From: Candidatus Gottesmanbacteria bacterium RIFCSPHIGHO2_02_FULL_40_13
GTDB taxonomy: Bacteria > Patescibacteriota > Microgenomatia > 2-02-FULL-39-11
Reading direction: 5' to 3'
Assembly (NCBI GenBank): GCA_001779235.1
Contig: MFJN01000009.1
Span: forward strand, 1 to 40,368
Length of the DNA: 40,368 nucleotides
Within the stretch, counting starts at the first letter, position 1. The number at the start of each line of letters is the position of its first letter. Below, piece by piece: positions 16,143-25,425 of the stretch. A model generated the notes under the pieces. The model was not told the origin of the DNA, ran no database searches, and saw only the letters and a list, made by a program, of their open reading frames with translations. A program made the position numbers and the translations under genes.

Positions 16143-17460
16143 TTTCGGCAAGAAGAAGTTCCCGGTCATTTTTTATTTTTCCCTCTTCAACTTTTGCAAA
16201 AAGCGAGGCCAGAACTTCTCCAACTTTTGGTCCCGGAGTCAATTGCAGTATTGTCATCACGTCAAACCCATTAATTTTTAAATCTGCTACGGTAAAGGCT
16301 TGTTTTTGCACTTCAATCAGCCTTTTTTTGAAAAGATCCAGCCGCCACGAGGTTTCTGTGGCTCCGCCTCCCAGGCGGTCACCAATGCGCAGATCTAAAA
16401 TATCTTTCAGGTTGTCTATGCCTGTATTTTTGATGAAGCGTCTTAGAGCTTTATCAGTTTGTCTTTCATCGACGGTAAATTGATGGTATCTGACCAGACG
16501 CCATACTTTTTCACTTTCTTTTTTGGAAAGATGAAGCCGGGAAATAATTTTTTTCACCATCGCGGCCCCGACAATTTCGTGATTGTAAAAAGTGATTACC
16601 CCCTCATCAGTCTTATTAAATACCGCAGGTTTTCCTATATCATGTAGAAGTGTAGCCAAACGAACATATGGATCTTTGGATGGACACTGGCGAAGTGATT
16701 CGATGAGATGTGTCCCAACATCATATTTGTGATGCCGGCGGGGACTTTTTTGTTCAACCCCGAAACATTTGTCCAATTCCGGCAGGATTACCGTAAGGAC
16801 CCCGCAGTTTTTAAGAAGTAAAATACCGTCCGCGGGATAATCGGAGGATAGAATTTTTATCAGTTCATCTCTGATTCTTTCCTGAGAAATCTTATTTAAG
16901 AGCCGGCTGTTTTTTTGGATGGCCGCAAAGGTATCCGCTTCGATAATAAATTGCAATTGTGTGGCAAGGCGTACTGATCTCAACATCCTGAGCGCATCTT
17001 CCTGAAATCTTTCTGAAGCGTCTCCAACCGCCCGGACCAGATGATTATTTAAATCGGTTACGCCTCCAAATAAATCTCTGATTTTAACCCCATCGAAAAC
17101 CAGAGTGTTAATGGTAAAATCTCTTCTTTTCAGATCTTCTTTGAGAGTTTTGCCCCAGATTATTTTATCCGGATGCCGGTGATTGGTGTAACCATACTCA
17201 CTGCGATATGTGGTAATTTCAAAAACTGAAGACAGACTTTTTACAGGAACACCGACGGTACCGAATTTATTATCATAATAACTGTCTTTAAAAAGACCGG
17301 TTATCTCTTCAGGTTGGGCATTGGTAGTGAAATCCCAATCCTTTGTCGCCATATTCAGAAGAAGATTTCTGACTGCTCCTCCCACAGCAAAGATTTCAAA
17401 TCCTTTTTTACTGAATTTTTTAAACACTTCTAAAACTTCTTTGGGAATCCGGTATTTCAT
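16102..17460 (-). CDS. cca: CCA-adding tRNA nucleotidyltransferase (PolyA-pol family head plus HD domain)
   Basis: FAVGGAVRNLLL, DWDFTT, RDFTINT, and the HD domain LLHDIGKP. Its 3' end overlaps the secF 3' end by 41 nt (convergent). Confidence 0.85.
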   Translation of the reverse strand: MKYRIPKEVLEVFKKFSKKGFEIFAVGGAVRNLLLNMATKDWDFTTNAQPEEITGLFKDSYYDNKFGTVGVPVKSLSSVFEITTYRSEYGYTNHRHPDKIIWGKTLKEDLKRRDFTINTLVFDGVKIRDLFGGVTDLNNHLVRAVGDASERFQEDALRMLRSVRLATQLQFIIEADTFAAIQKNSRLLNKISQERIRDELIKILSSDYPADGILLLKNCGVLTVILPELDKCFGVEQKSPRRHHKYDVGTHLIESLRQCPSKDPYVRLATLLHDIGKPAVFNKTDEGVITFYNHEIVGAAMVKKIISRLHLSKKESEKVWRLVRYHQFTVDERQTDKALRRFIKNTGIDNLKDILDLRIGDRLGGGATETSWRLDLFKKRLIEVQKQAFTVADLKINGFDVMTILQLTPGPKVGEVLASLFAKVEEGKIKNDRELLLAEIKAFFSSSTVLPK

Positions 17461-17508
17461 GATAGTATTAATTTTCTGACTAATATTATAACCTAAAGAT
17501 ATAAGATC

Positions 17509-19242
17509 ATGAATAAGTGGAAAATACTAGATGAAAGCCGTAGTACATCAAATAATTCCGGAGATGATGAAATAATTTCCATAATACTGAAAAACCGCGG
17601 CATTAAAACAAAGAAACAGATAGAGGAATTTCTCCATCCCGATCTTTCCCGCATAAACCGCAAAATATTGGGAATAAATAATAACGGCCTATTAAAAGCT
17701 CTGGAAAGAATAGAAACTGCATTGAGAAATTCGGAATCGATTGTGGTTTATACTGATTATGACGTGGACGGGTTAAGCAGCGGCGCGCTGCTTTGGGAAT
17801 GCCTATTTTCTTTTGGAGCGAAGGTTATGCCGTATGTGCCAAATAGGTTTGAAGAAGGTTATGGACTGTCGGAAAAAGGAATACTGGAGGTTAAGAAAAA
17901 ATATAAAACCTCTTTAATCATTACTGTTGACCACGGAATTTCCGCAGGCTCTAAGATCGCTTTTGCCAAAAAACAAGGAATCGATGTAATTGTTATAGAC
18001 CACCATGTAAAACCGGATAAAACTCCGGATCTTGATACTCTGGTACATACAACCATGGTTTGTGCTACTGCCTTAGTCTGGTATTTTTGTGAGGAGTTGA
18101 CGAACTACCTGAAAAAATCAACGGATCTGCAAAAAGGTAAATTTTCCCATAAAGAAAATTTGGATTTGGTGGCTTTGGCTACAGTTTGTGATTTGATTCC
18201 ACTGATTGGAGTAAACAGAATTTTCGTCAAGTTGGGACTTGTACAACTCAGGAAAAGTACGCGGGTTGGTTTAAACACATTAATAAAACATGCCGGAATT
18301 AATAAAGAAGATATTGACGCCTATGATTTAGGCCATATCATCGGACCAAGAATAAACGCCATCGGACGGTTGACTCATGCTATTGATGCACTGCGCCTTC
18401 TCTGCACCAAAGACAAAATCAGGGCTCTGGCATTATCAGAAAAATTATACACTTTGAATAAAAAAAGACAGGTAATGACAGAAGAGTCAGTTATCATAGC
18501 GAAGGATATGGCCGATGTTAAAAGCGGATTATTATTCATCAGTCATGAGAGTTTTCAATCGGGGATTATCGGGCTTATTGCCGGAAGATTGACCCAGGAT
18601 TACAATCTTCCTTCGATTGTGATAGCCAAAGGCGAAAAAATTTCCAAAGCCTCAGCCCGATCTGTAAAGAGCATCGATATTATCGCCATTCTCAGAAATT
18701 TTGAAGATATCTTGATTGATGTTGGAGGTCATCCTCAAGCAGCAGGTTTTACTGTTGAAACTTCTAAAATAGGGCTTCTTGAGTCAAGACTTGCCGCCTT
18801 TTTTCAAAATGAAAACCTGTTCAGACGAACGGATAAAAATATCCTGATTGATATGACTTTGAACCTGTCTGATATAACAGAATCTTTATATGCAAAAATG
18901 TTGCAGTTACAGCCCTTTGGAGTTGCTAATTCCGAACCTGTTTTTTTAAGTAAAAATATTACAATTGCAGGTTTTACCTTGGTCGGCCGTGAGAGAAACC
19001 ACTTAAAAATGAAGTTGAAAATCAGCGAAGAAAAAAATGATTTAATTGAAGCTATCGGATTTAAACTGGGAGAAATTGCGGGTACGTTTAAATCTGACTG
19101 TAAAATCGATACTGTTTATAGTTTGGATGAAAATAAATGGAATTCTAAAACAAGCTTGCAATTGCACCTTAAAGATGTTAGGATCTCTGAGGTTTTTTAT
19201 GAGAAAAATACCCGCTACCATGGCAACCCAGCATCCGGATAA
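17509..19242 (+). CDS. recJ: Single-stranded-DNA-specific exonuclease RecJ
   Basis: DHH motifs YTDYDVDGLSS, ITVDHGIS, VIDHH. DHHA1 motif GGHPQAAGFT. Confidence 0.9.
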   Translation: MNKWKILDESRSTSNNSGDDEIISIILKNRGIKTKKQIEEFLHPDLSRINRKILGINNNGLLKALERIETALRNSESIVVYTDYDVDGLSSGALLWECLFSFGAKVMPYVPNRFEEGYGLSEKGILEVKKKYKTSLIITVDHGISAGSKIAFAKKQGIDVIVIDHHVKPDKTPDLDTLVHTTMVCATALVWYFCEELTNYLKKSTDLQKGKFSHKENLDLVALATVCDLIPLIGVNRIFVKLGLVQLRKSTRVGLNTLIKHAGINKEDIDAYDLGHIIGPRINAIGRLTHAIDALRLLCTKDKIRALALSEKLYTLNKKRQVMTEESVIIAKDMADVKSGLLFISHESFQSGIIGLIAGRLTQDYNLPSIVIAKGEKISKASARSVKSIDIIAILRNFEDILIDVGGHPQAAGFTVETSKIGLLESRLAAFFQNENLFRRTDKNILIDMTLNLSDITESLYAKMLQLQPFGVANSEPVFLSKNITIAGFTLVGRERNHLKMKLKISEEKNDLIEAIGFKLGEIAGTFKSDCKIDTVYSLDENKWNSKTSLQLHLKDVRISEVFYEKNTRYHGNPASG

Positions 19243-20701
19243 TGCGGGCAAGCCTTATTGGCACGACAAGGCTTTCATCTCAACACTCGCGGAATTGAAG
19301 GAGTGTTATTTATGTTTTTCGGATCTCGCGATGGATGAGTATAACTGGGACTGGGAAGGAAAATTCGTTGATGAGGCGGTGGTCGACAGACTTCTCAGCA
19401 AATATTACACCTATTTCAAAAAAAATCCTTTGGGTAAAGAAAAATTTCTTACTTTCCGCATTCCCAATCCGCGGGTGGAAAAACAATTCAGGCTGGCCAG
19501 AGCCTTCATGGTAATGATTACCAGTAGTCAATTGGCAGAGAGTTTGGGTTTTAACCATCCTCCAATTTTTGAAACAATACTCCCCTTGACGGAAACAGCT
19601 GAAGAAATAATTGATATTCAGGAAGCGTTCAGGGAGATTGTCGATATTGATCACAGATTACTTAAGATGAATGATTCCATCAGATCCATCGAAATTATTC
19701 CCCTTTTTGAGCAAGTGAATGTGATTATCAGATCTTCAGAAATTTTACGGGAGTATTTCAAACTTCATAAAGCCAGATTCGGTAAATATCCCGCCTATCT
19801 CAGACCTTACTGTGCCCGGAGCGATCCGGCTCTCAATTCATCACTAGTACCCACCATGCTGGCATTAAAAATAGCCTTATCACAATTTAGGAACTTAGAG
19901 CAAGAATCAGGCATAAGGCTTTATCCTATGGTTGGCACAGGGACTCTGCCTTTCAGGGGATCGGTAACCCCTACTAACATTCAAGACGTGCTGAATGAAT
20001 ACAGGGGTGTGAAAACCATGATTTTACAAAGTGCATTCAGATATGATTTTCCCAAAAAGAAAGTAAAGACAGCCATAAACATCTTAAAACAAAGACTGCC
20101 GGAAGGAATTGCGGCTCAAATTGACACATGCACAAAAAAGAAACTTCTTAAAATAATTCCTTATTTTGAGATTCCTTACCGGGAAACCGTGGAAAAATTA
20201 GCTCCGCTGATAAATTCACTGAGCTTGTACGTCGCAAAAAGAAGGGAAAGAGTTCTACATATCGGGCTTTTCGGTTACTCGCGGGGTGTAGGAAAAGTGC
20301 ATTTACCACGGGCTATTTCTTTCACGGCCTCACTTTATTCTCTGGGAATCCCTCCTGAACTTATTGCCACAGGAAGAGGTTTAAAAAAAGCTAAGGGTAT
20401 GGGACTCACAGAAGAGATATTCCGATATTATGTCAACTTTAAAAAAGATATCATCAAGGCAGGTTATTTTTTAAATAAAAAAAATCTGGCTCGTCTTGCC
20501 TCGGATATACCCGCTTTTAAGCAGGTTATTGAGGACGTTTTTGAGATAGAAAAGCTATTAAAGGTGACACTTGGTCCCCAAGACGATATTCAAAAAGAAC
20601 ATTGCAAATTATCTGAGACTATTTATAATAGGTTAAAAAGTAAAGCCAATCCGACCAATCTTATTTCTCTGGCAGGCAGTCTAAGAAAAAGTTTAGGTTA
20701 A
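19199..20701 (+). CDS. ppcA: Archaeal-type phosphoenolpyruvate carboxylase (PepcA family)
   Basis: MRKIPATMATQHPDNA matches the characteristic archaeal-type PEPC N-terminus. About 500 aa. Start set at ATG 19199 (GAGG 6-7 nt upstream) rather than the track start 19046, which lies inside recJ. Confidence 0.8.
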   Translation: MRKIPATMATQHPDNAGKPYWHDKAFISTLAELKECYLCFSDLAMDEYNWDWEGKFVDEAVVDRLLSKYYTYFKKNPLGKEKFLTFRIPNPRVEKQFRLARAFMVMITSSQLAESLGFNHPPIFETILPLTETAEEIIDIQEAFREIVDIDHRLLKMNDSIRSIEIIPLFEQVNVIIRSSEILREYFKLHKARFGKYPAYLRPYCARSDPALNSSLVPTMLALKIALSQFRNLEQESGIRLYPMVGTGTLPFRGSVTPTNIQDVLNEYRGVKTMILQSAFRYDFPKKKVKTAINILKQRLPEGIAAQIDTCTKKKLLKIIPYFEIPYRETVEKLAPLINSLSLYVAKRRERVLHIGLFGYSRGVGKVHLPRAISFTASLYSLGIPPELIATGRGLKKAKGMGLTEEIFRYYVNFKKDIIKAGYFLNKKNLARLASDIPAFKQVIEDVFEIEKLLKVTLGPQDDIQKEHCKLSETIYNRLKSKANPTNLISLAGSLRKSLG

Positions 20702-20726
20702 TTAAAAATATTTCAAGGAGGCAGTT

Positions 20727-21926
20727 ATGAAAATTAACATTTCAGAAAGAGCTTTTAAGAGTCCGGCTTCAGCCATTAGGAAACTTGTTCCATTAGCTGA
20801 TAAAGCCAAGAAAAAAGGCATTAAAGTTTACCATTTAAATATCGGTCAACCGGACATGGCAACCCCCAAACCGATTATTAACGCAATAAAAAAATTTTCC
20901 CGCGACACTCTGGAATATGCCCCTTCTGAAGGGATTCACGAAACCATCGCAGCCTGGCAAAAATTTTACCATGATAAATCAGTAAAATTTGACCAAAGTG
21001 AAATTATTGTTACCAGCGGGGGATCAGAAGGACTTATTTTAGCTTTCTTAACTGTAACTGATCCGGGTGACGAATTGATAGTTTTTGAACCTTTTTATAC
21101 AAGTTATGCCATCATGGCAGCCATGGGCAATATAGTTCTAAAAGCTCTTCCAACTGAAGTTGAAACCGGATACCATTTTCCGCCGAAAGTGATGATTGAA
21201 AAAGCCATCAGCCGTAAAACCCGCGGTATAGTGCTCTGCAATCCTAATAACCCGACAGGCACCATGTATACATCTCAAGAGGTCAGGATGATCGCCGATA
21301 TTGCATTGAAGCATAATCTCTTCATAATTTCAGATGAGACATATCAGGAAATAGTTTTTGACGATAAAAAAGTACTGCCTTTCATGTCTTTTACAAAACT
21401 TCACAACCAACTTATCGTTGCCGACAGTGTTTCCAAAAGATTTAATTCCTGCGGAGCCCGGATCGGCTGTGTGGCCAGTAAAAATAAAGAGGTGATGGCG
21501 GCAATTATGCGTTTCGCTCAAGCAAGACTGTCAGTAGCCACAGTTGACCAACTGGCTCTTATTCCTGTACTTATCAACTCCCGCCAATATACCGAGCAGG
21601 TCAAAAAAAATTACAAAAAAAGAAGAGATATGGTAGTTTCTGAACTTCGTAAGATTAAAGGGGTTTCTTTCGTTGTTCCCGAGGGAGCATTTTATATTAT
21701 GCCCAGAATTCCGGTAGACGACAGTGATAAATTTGCCGAATTTTTACTGAATGATTTTTCCGATCACAGAGAAACTGTCATGATTGCGCCTGCAACCGGT
21801 TTTTATAAAAATCCCCAAAAAGGTAAAGATAAAATTAGAATAGCTTATGTTCTAAGCGAAGAGAAACTGCAAAGAGCTATCAGGCTTTTAGGAATGGCAT
21901 TAGAAAAGTATAATCGCAAGAAATAA
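20727..21926 (+). CDS. Class I/II PLP-dependent aminotransferase (aspartate aminotransferase-like)
   Basis: NIGQPD, CNPNNPTG, SDETYQE, and the PLP-lysine region DSVSKRFNSCGARIG. AGGAGG SD. Confidence 0.85.
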   Translation: MKINISERAFKSPASAIRKLVPLADKAKKKGIKVYHLNIGQPDMATPKPIINAIKKFSRDTLEYAPSEGIHETIAAWQKFYHDKSVKFDQSEIIVTSGGSEGLILAFLTVTDPGDELIVFEPFYTSYAIMAAMGNIVLKALPTEVETGYHFPPKVMIEKAISRKTRGIVLCNPNNPTGTMYTSQEVRMIADIALKHNLFIISDETYQEIVFDDKKVLPFMSFTKLHNQLIVADSVSKRFNSCGARIGCVASKNKEVMAAIMRFAQARLSVATVDQLALIPVLINSRQYTEQVKKNYKKRRDMVVSELRKIKGVSFVVPEGAFYIMPRIPVDDSDKFAEFLLNDFSDHRETVMIAPATGFYKNPQKGKDKIRIAYVLSEEKLQRAIRLLGMALEKYNRKK

Positions 21927-21927
21927 T

Positions 21928-23328
21928 ATGCAAAGGACGCTTACAATAGAAACGCCGGCAAAAGTTGGAGATAAGGTGCTACTTTTAGGCTGGGTTGACA
22001 AAAGACGTGATCACGGCAAGATTGTTTTTATCGATCTTAGAGACCGGAGCGGTATCATTCAGCTTGTCTTAACTGGTGAAATTCCGCGGTTAAGTCTAGA
22101 GGATGTAATTGAAGTTGAAGGAGCGGTAAAAGCTAGACCTCCCAAACTGGTAAATCCTAAAATTGCTACAGGAAATGTGGAAATAGAAGTCTTAAAGCTG
22201 ACCATAATTTCTAAATCCATAGAATTGCCTTTTCCTATTGATAATGACGGGTATGATATTGAAGAAGAGTTGCGCATGAAATACCGCTATTTGGATATAA
22301 GGAGGAGTAGAATGTTTAAAAATCTTCAATTGCGTTCACAGGTAACTAGTTTTATACGGAATTTTCTCACCAAGAAGGATTTTTTAGAGATTGAAACTCC
22401 CATGCTTACCAAAACTACACCCGAAGGCGCACGTGATTTTATCGTCCCATCCCGTCTGCAGAAAGGAAAATTTTATGCTCTGCCTCAATCTCCCCAGCAA
22501 TATAAACAGCTTTTGATGGTAGCCGGAGTGGAGAGATATTTTCAAATTGTCAGATGTTTTCGTGATGAGGATCCCAGAGCCGATAGGGCATATGGTGAGT
22601 TTACGCAACTTGACCTTGAGATGTCTTTCGTAACACAGGAAGATATATTAATACTCACTGAAGAATTATTTACTACTCTAATTGCCGAAGTTTTTCCCGA
22701 TAAGCATATCACTCAATCACCCTGGCCAAGACTGGCTCATAAAGATGTTGTACAAAAATACGGTTCAGACAAGCCGGATTTACGGCAAAACAAAAAAGAT
22801 CCCGATGAGCTGGCATTTGCCTGGATTTTGGATTTTCCGCTTTTCGCTAAACAATCTCAGGAAGATTTTTTTCACGGGTCAGGCAGTGCTAAGTTTGCGC
22901 CTTCCCATCACATGTTTACCGCGCCTCATCCTGATGATATTAAATATTTAGACAGCGATCCTTTAAAAGTCAGAGGTTTACAGCATGATTTGGTTTTAAA
23001 CGGTTATGAAGTGGGTGGAGGCAGTATCAGGATTCACCAAAACGAAATTCAGGATAAAGTTTTTGATCTAATAGGCTTTACTACGGAGCAAAAGAAACAG
23101 TTTTCTCATATGCAGACTGCATTCACGTACGGAGCACCGCCTCATGGAGGTATAGCGCCCGGTATCGACCGGTTTATGATGGCAGTTCTTAGTGAGCCAA
23201 GCGTCCGGGAAGTTATGGCTTTTCCCACATCTGCATCCGGTATAACATCCGTTATGGAAGCTCCAAGTTCTGCAAGTCCTCAGCAACTTGATGAATTAGG
23301 AATCAGAATCATAAATGCCAAAAAGTAA
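21928..23328 (+). CDS. aspS: Aspartyl-tRNA synthetase, bacterial-type core without the GAD insertion domain
   Basis: OB-fold N-terminus, motif 2 FQIVRCFRDEDPRADRAYGEFTQLDLEMSF, YGSDKPDLR, HHMFTAP, motif 3 GGIAPGIDRFMM. Only 466 aa. Confidence 0.92.
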   Translation: MQRTLTIETPAKVGDKVLLLGWVDKRRDHGKIVFIDLRDRSGIIQLVLTGEIPRLSLEDVIEVEGAVKARPPKLVNPKIATGNVEIEVLKLTIISKSIELPFPIDNDGYDIEEELRMKYRYLDIRRSRMFKNLQLRSQVTSFIRNFLTKKDFLEIETPMLTKTTPEGARDFIVPSRLQKGKFYALPQSPQQYKQLLMVAGVERYFQIVRCFRDEDPRADRAYGEFTQLDLEMSFVTQEDILILTEELFTTLIAEVFPDKHITQSPWPRLAHKDVVQKYGSDKPDLRQNKKDPDELAFAWILDFPLFAKQSQEDFFHGSGSAKFAPSHHMFTAPHPDDIKYLDSDPLKVRGLQHDLVLNGYEVGGGSIRIHQNEIQDKVFDLIGFTTEQKKQFSHMQTAFTYGAPPHGGIAPGIDRFMMAVLSEPSVREVMAFPTSASGITSVMEAPSSASPQQLDELGIRIINAKK

Positions 23329-24286
23329 ATATATTCCCAAAATATTAAAGTATCAATGGAAAATTCTATGGTTTTTCTTGATCACTGTTTTTTTATTATT
23401 AAATCCTTCAGCAAATATTTATTTTCATCCTGTCGACCTGGCTCAAGGATTAACTCTTTCTCCCGATTCTGATTTACCGGAACCTCCCCCAATTCCGATC
23501 AAAATAACCGATAATGATATACCTCAAATCAGCGCCGAAGCCGTATTAATTAAAGATGTTCCATCAGGTATAGTTTTATATTCCAAAAATTCCAGAGAGA
23601 TATATTCACCTGCTTCAACTACGAAGATTGTCACTGCTTTGGTTGCTTTGGACTATTATCATCTTGATGACGTTCTGACAGTTCAATCAGACAATATACA
23701 AGGCAGAGTTATGGGTCTTGTCAAAAAAGAAAAAATTACTTTTGAAGCCTTACTCTATGGTATGTTAGTTCATTCAGCCAATGATGCCGCATATGCAATA
23801 GCTGAGAACTACCCGGGAGGTTTGACGAAGTTTGTTGAAAAAATGAATGATAAAGTTATTGATTTAGGACTCACCAATACTCATCTGACCAATCCGGCCG
23901 GTTTTGATGACAAAAACCACTTTTCCACCGCCGAAGATCTGGTAAAAGTTTCACTGTACGGCTTAAATAATAAATTATTTTCCAAAATTGTCAGCACCAA
24001 AAGAATTGTAGTGTCAGATGTGACATATTCATATTTTCATGATTTGATAAACGTCAATGAATTACTTGGTAAAATCGCGGGAGTGGCCGGAGTCAAAACA
24101 GGGCAGACCGAAAACGGGGGAGAAATTTTAATATCTGAGGTTAAGAAAAATGATACCTTAGTAATCATTGCCGTGCTTAAAAGCAAGGAAAGATTCGCTG
24201 ATACGGAAAAACTGATAAACTATATCTATACCAATTATAATTGGTTACCATTAAATAACCTTATTCCAACCATTCAGGCGAAATAG
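23315..24286 (+). CDS. D-alanyl-D-alanine carboxypeptidase (S11, PBP5/6-like)
   Basis: SxxK (ASTTK), SxN (SAND) and KTG (KTGQT) motifs. N-terminal TM/signal segment. Overlaps the aspS 3' end by 14 nt. Confidence 0.85.
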   Translation: MPKSKYIPKILKYQWKILWFFLITVFLLLNPSANIYFHPVDLAQGLTLSPDSDLPEPPPIPIKITDNDIPQISAEAVLIKDVPSGIVLYSKNSREIYSPASTTKIVTALVALDYYHLDDVLTVQSDNIQGRVMGLVKKEKITFEALLYGMLVHSANDAAYAIAENYPGGLTKFVEKMNDKVIDLGLTNTHLTNPAGFDDKNHFSTAEDLVKVSLYGLNNKLFSKIVSTKRIVVSDVTYSYFHDLINVNELLGKIAGVAGVKTGQTENGGEILISEVKKNDTLVIIAVLKSKERFADTEKLINYIYTNYNWLPLNNLIPTIQAK

Positions 24287-25325
24287 CAGGAAGATACGCC
24301 GCAAAATCATTATCCCCTTCAAAGACGAAAATCGGTTGCAGGTATGGTTGCGGTTCTTCGCTGTCATAGTAAGCTAAATATATTTTACGAATAATGATAG
24401 CATCTAATTTTTTGTTATTTCCTAATCTGGAAATCAGAGCATAACCGTCTACTAAATCTTTCCACGCCTGTTGGCCGGACCGCAGCGGATAGGTTGCGAA
24501 ATTATTGTAGTCAATCGGCCAATTAGCGTATGATAATTCGATCACCGGAGATTTTATTTGCGAGGAAAAAGTATAAAGAGCGTAATTATAGCTTTCTCCA
24601 AATACCGGCGAAACTATTTTCATTTTATCCAAATCATTTCTGTTGAAATTTACACGTACTGCTTGGATATCAGACTGACTGGCTGATGATATTAATTTAT
24701 TCTGGATAGGGTCGAATTTATAGAAATTCGTGGTAATAATTCCGTTAAGGATTGTGTCATCAAAAAGACTATTTCGCCTGATAAAATTTTTGGCATCAGC
24801 TATGGTTTTTTCTTTGCTAATAATTGTTCCCTGGTTAAAGACCGCAGACGGATTTTTGGAATAATCATATCTTAATTTGAAATTCATACTGGCAATATCA
24901 AGAACAAGTGTACGGTTACTGTCTGCCGGATCAGTATAGTGATAAAAGGTTGAATTAATATCGTCAGGACTAAGAGTAAATTCCAGTTTCAAAGCAAATT
25001 TTTGAGCTTTGTCATCTGACAGAAAACTGGGAACTGTTTTAGGGATGGGATAAACTTTTCCTGAAGAGGTGGTTTCCGGCGGTTTTCCTTCGATATTTTC
25101 CAGGGTAAAATGCATACCTGAAGTCGACAGGCGAAAAGGAAATTGGGGAGCTGGAAGTTTATCAAATTTTACATTTGGACCGGGTATTGGAACTGGATGA
25201 GAGGCCTGCCAATTTTTTATCAGCAAGGATGTTATCCCACGAAGCAAAATAATAAATACTAAAAACCCTATTACATAAGTAATTATTTTTTTTATATAGA
25301 TAGATGTTTCGGTTAGACTGGACAT
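24261..25325 (-). CDS. Hypothetical membrane-anchored protein
   Basis: 354-aa ORF with one N-terminal TM helix (YVIGFLVFIILLRGITSLLI). No recognised domain. Convergent 26-nt overlap with the carboxypeptidase gene. Confidence 0.55.
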   Translation of the reverse strand: MSSLTETSIYIKKIITYVIGFLVFIILLRGITSLLIKNWQASHPVPIPGPNVKFDKLPAPQFPFRLSTSGMHFTLENIEGKPPETTSSGKVYPIPKTVPSFLSDDKAQKFALKLEFTLSPDDINSTFYHYTDPADSNRTLVLDIASMNFKLRYDYSKNPSAVFNQGTIISKEKTIADAKNFIRRNSLFDDTILNGIITTNFYKFDPIQNKLISSASQSDIQAVRVNFNRNDLDKMKIVSPVFGESYNYALYTFSSQIKSPVIELSYANWPIDYNNFATYPLRSGQQAWKDLVDGYALISRLGNNKKLDAIIIRKIYLAYYDSEEPQPYLQPIFVFEGDNDFAAYLPAISPEWLE

Positions 25326-25425
25326 ATTTTTTAAATAGCTGGCAAACGATTCCTTAATTTAGTATAAAATAAAGCATATGATAGAATCAATCTATGTTTA
25401 CATTGAAAGATAGAAAGGAGCGAAT

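Noticed and set aside
19046-19198. Upstream extension of the PEPC ORF (track start 19046)
   Set aside because: The extension lies inside recJ in another frame. Archaeal-type PEPCs start at the M..IP..M.TQHPDN motif, which begins at 19199 with a GAGG upstream.
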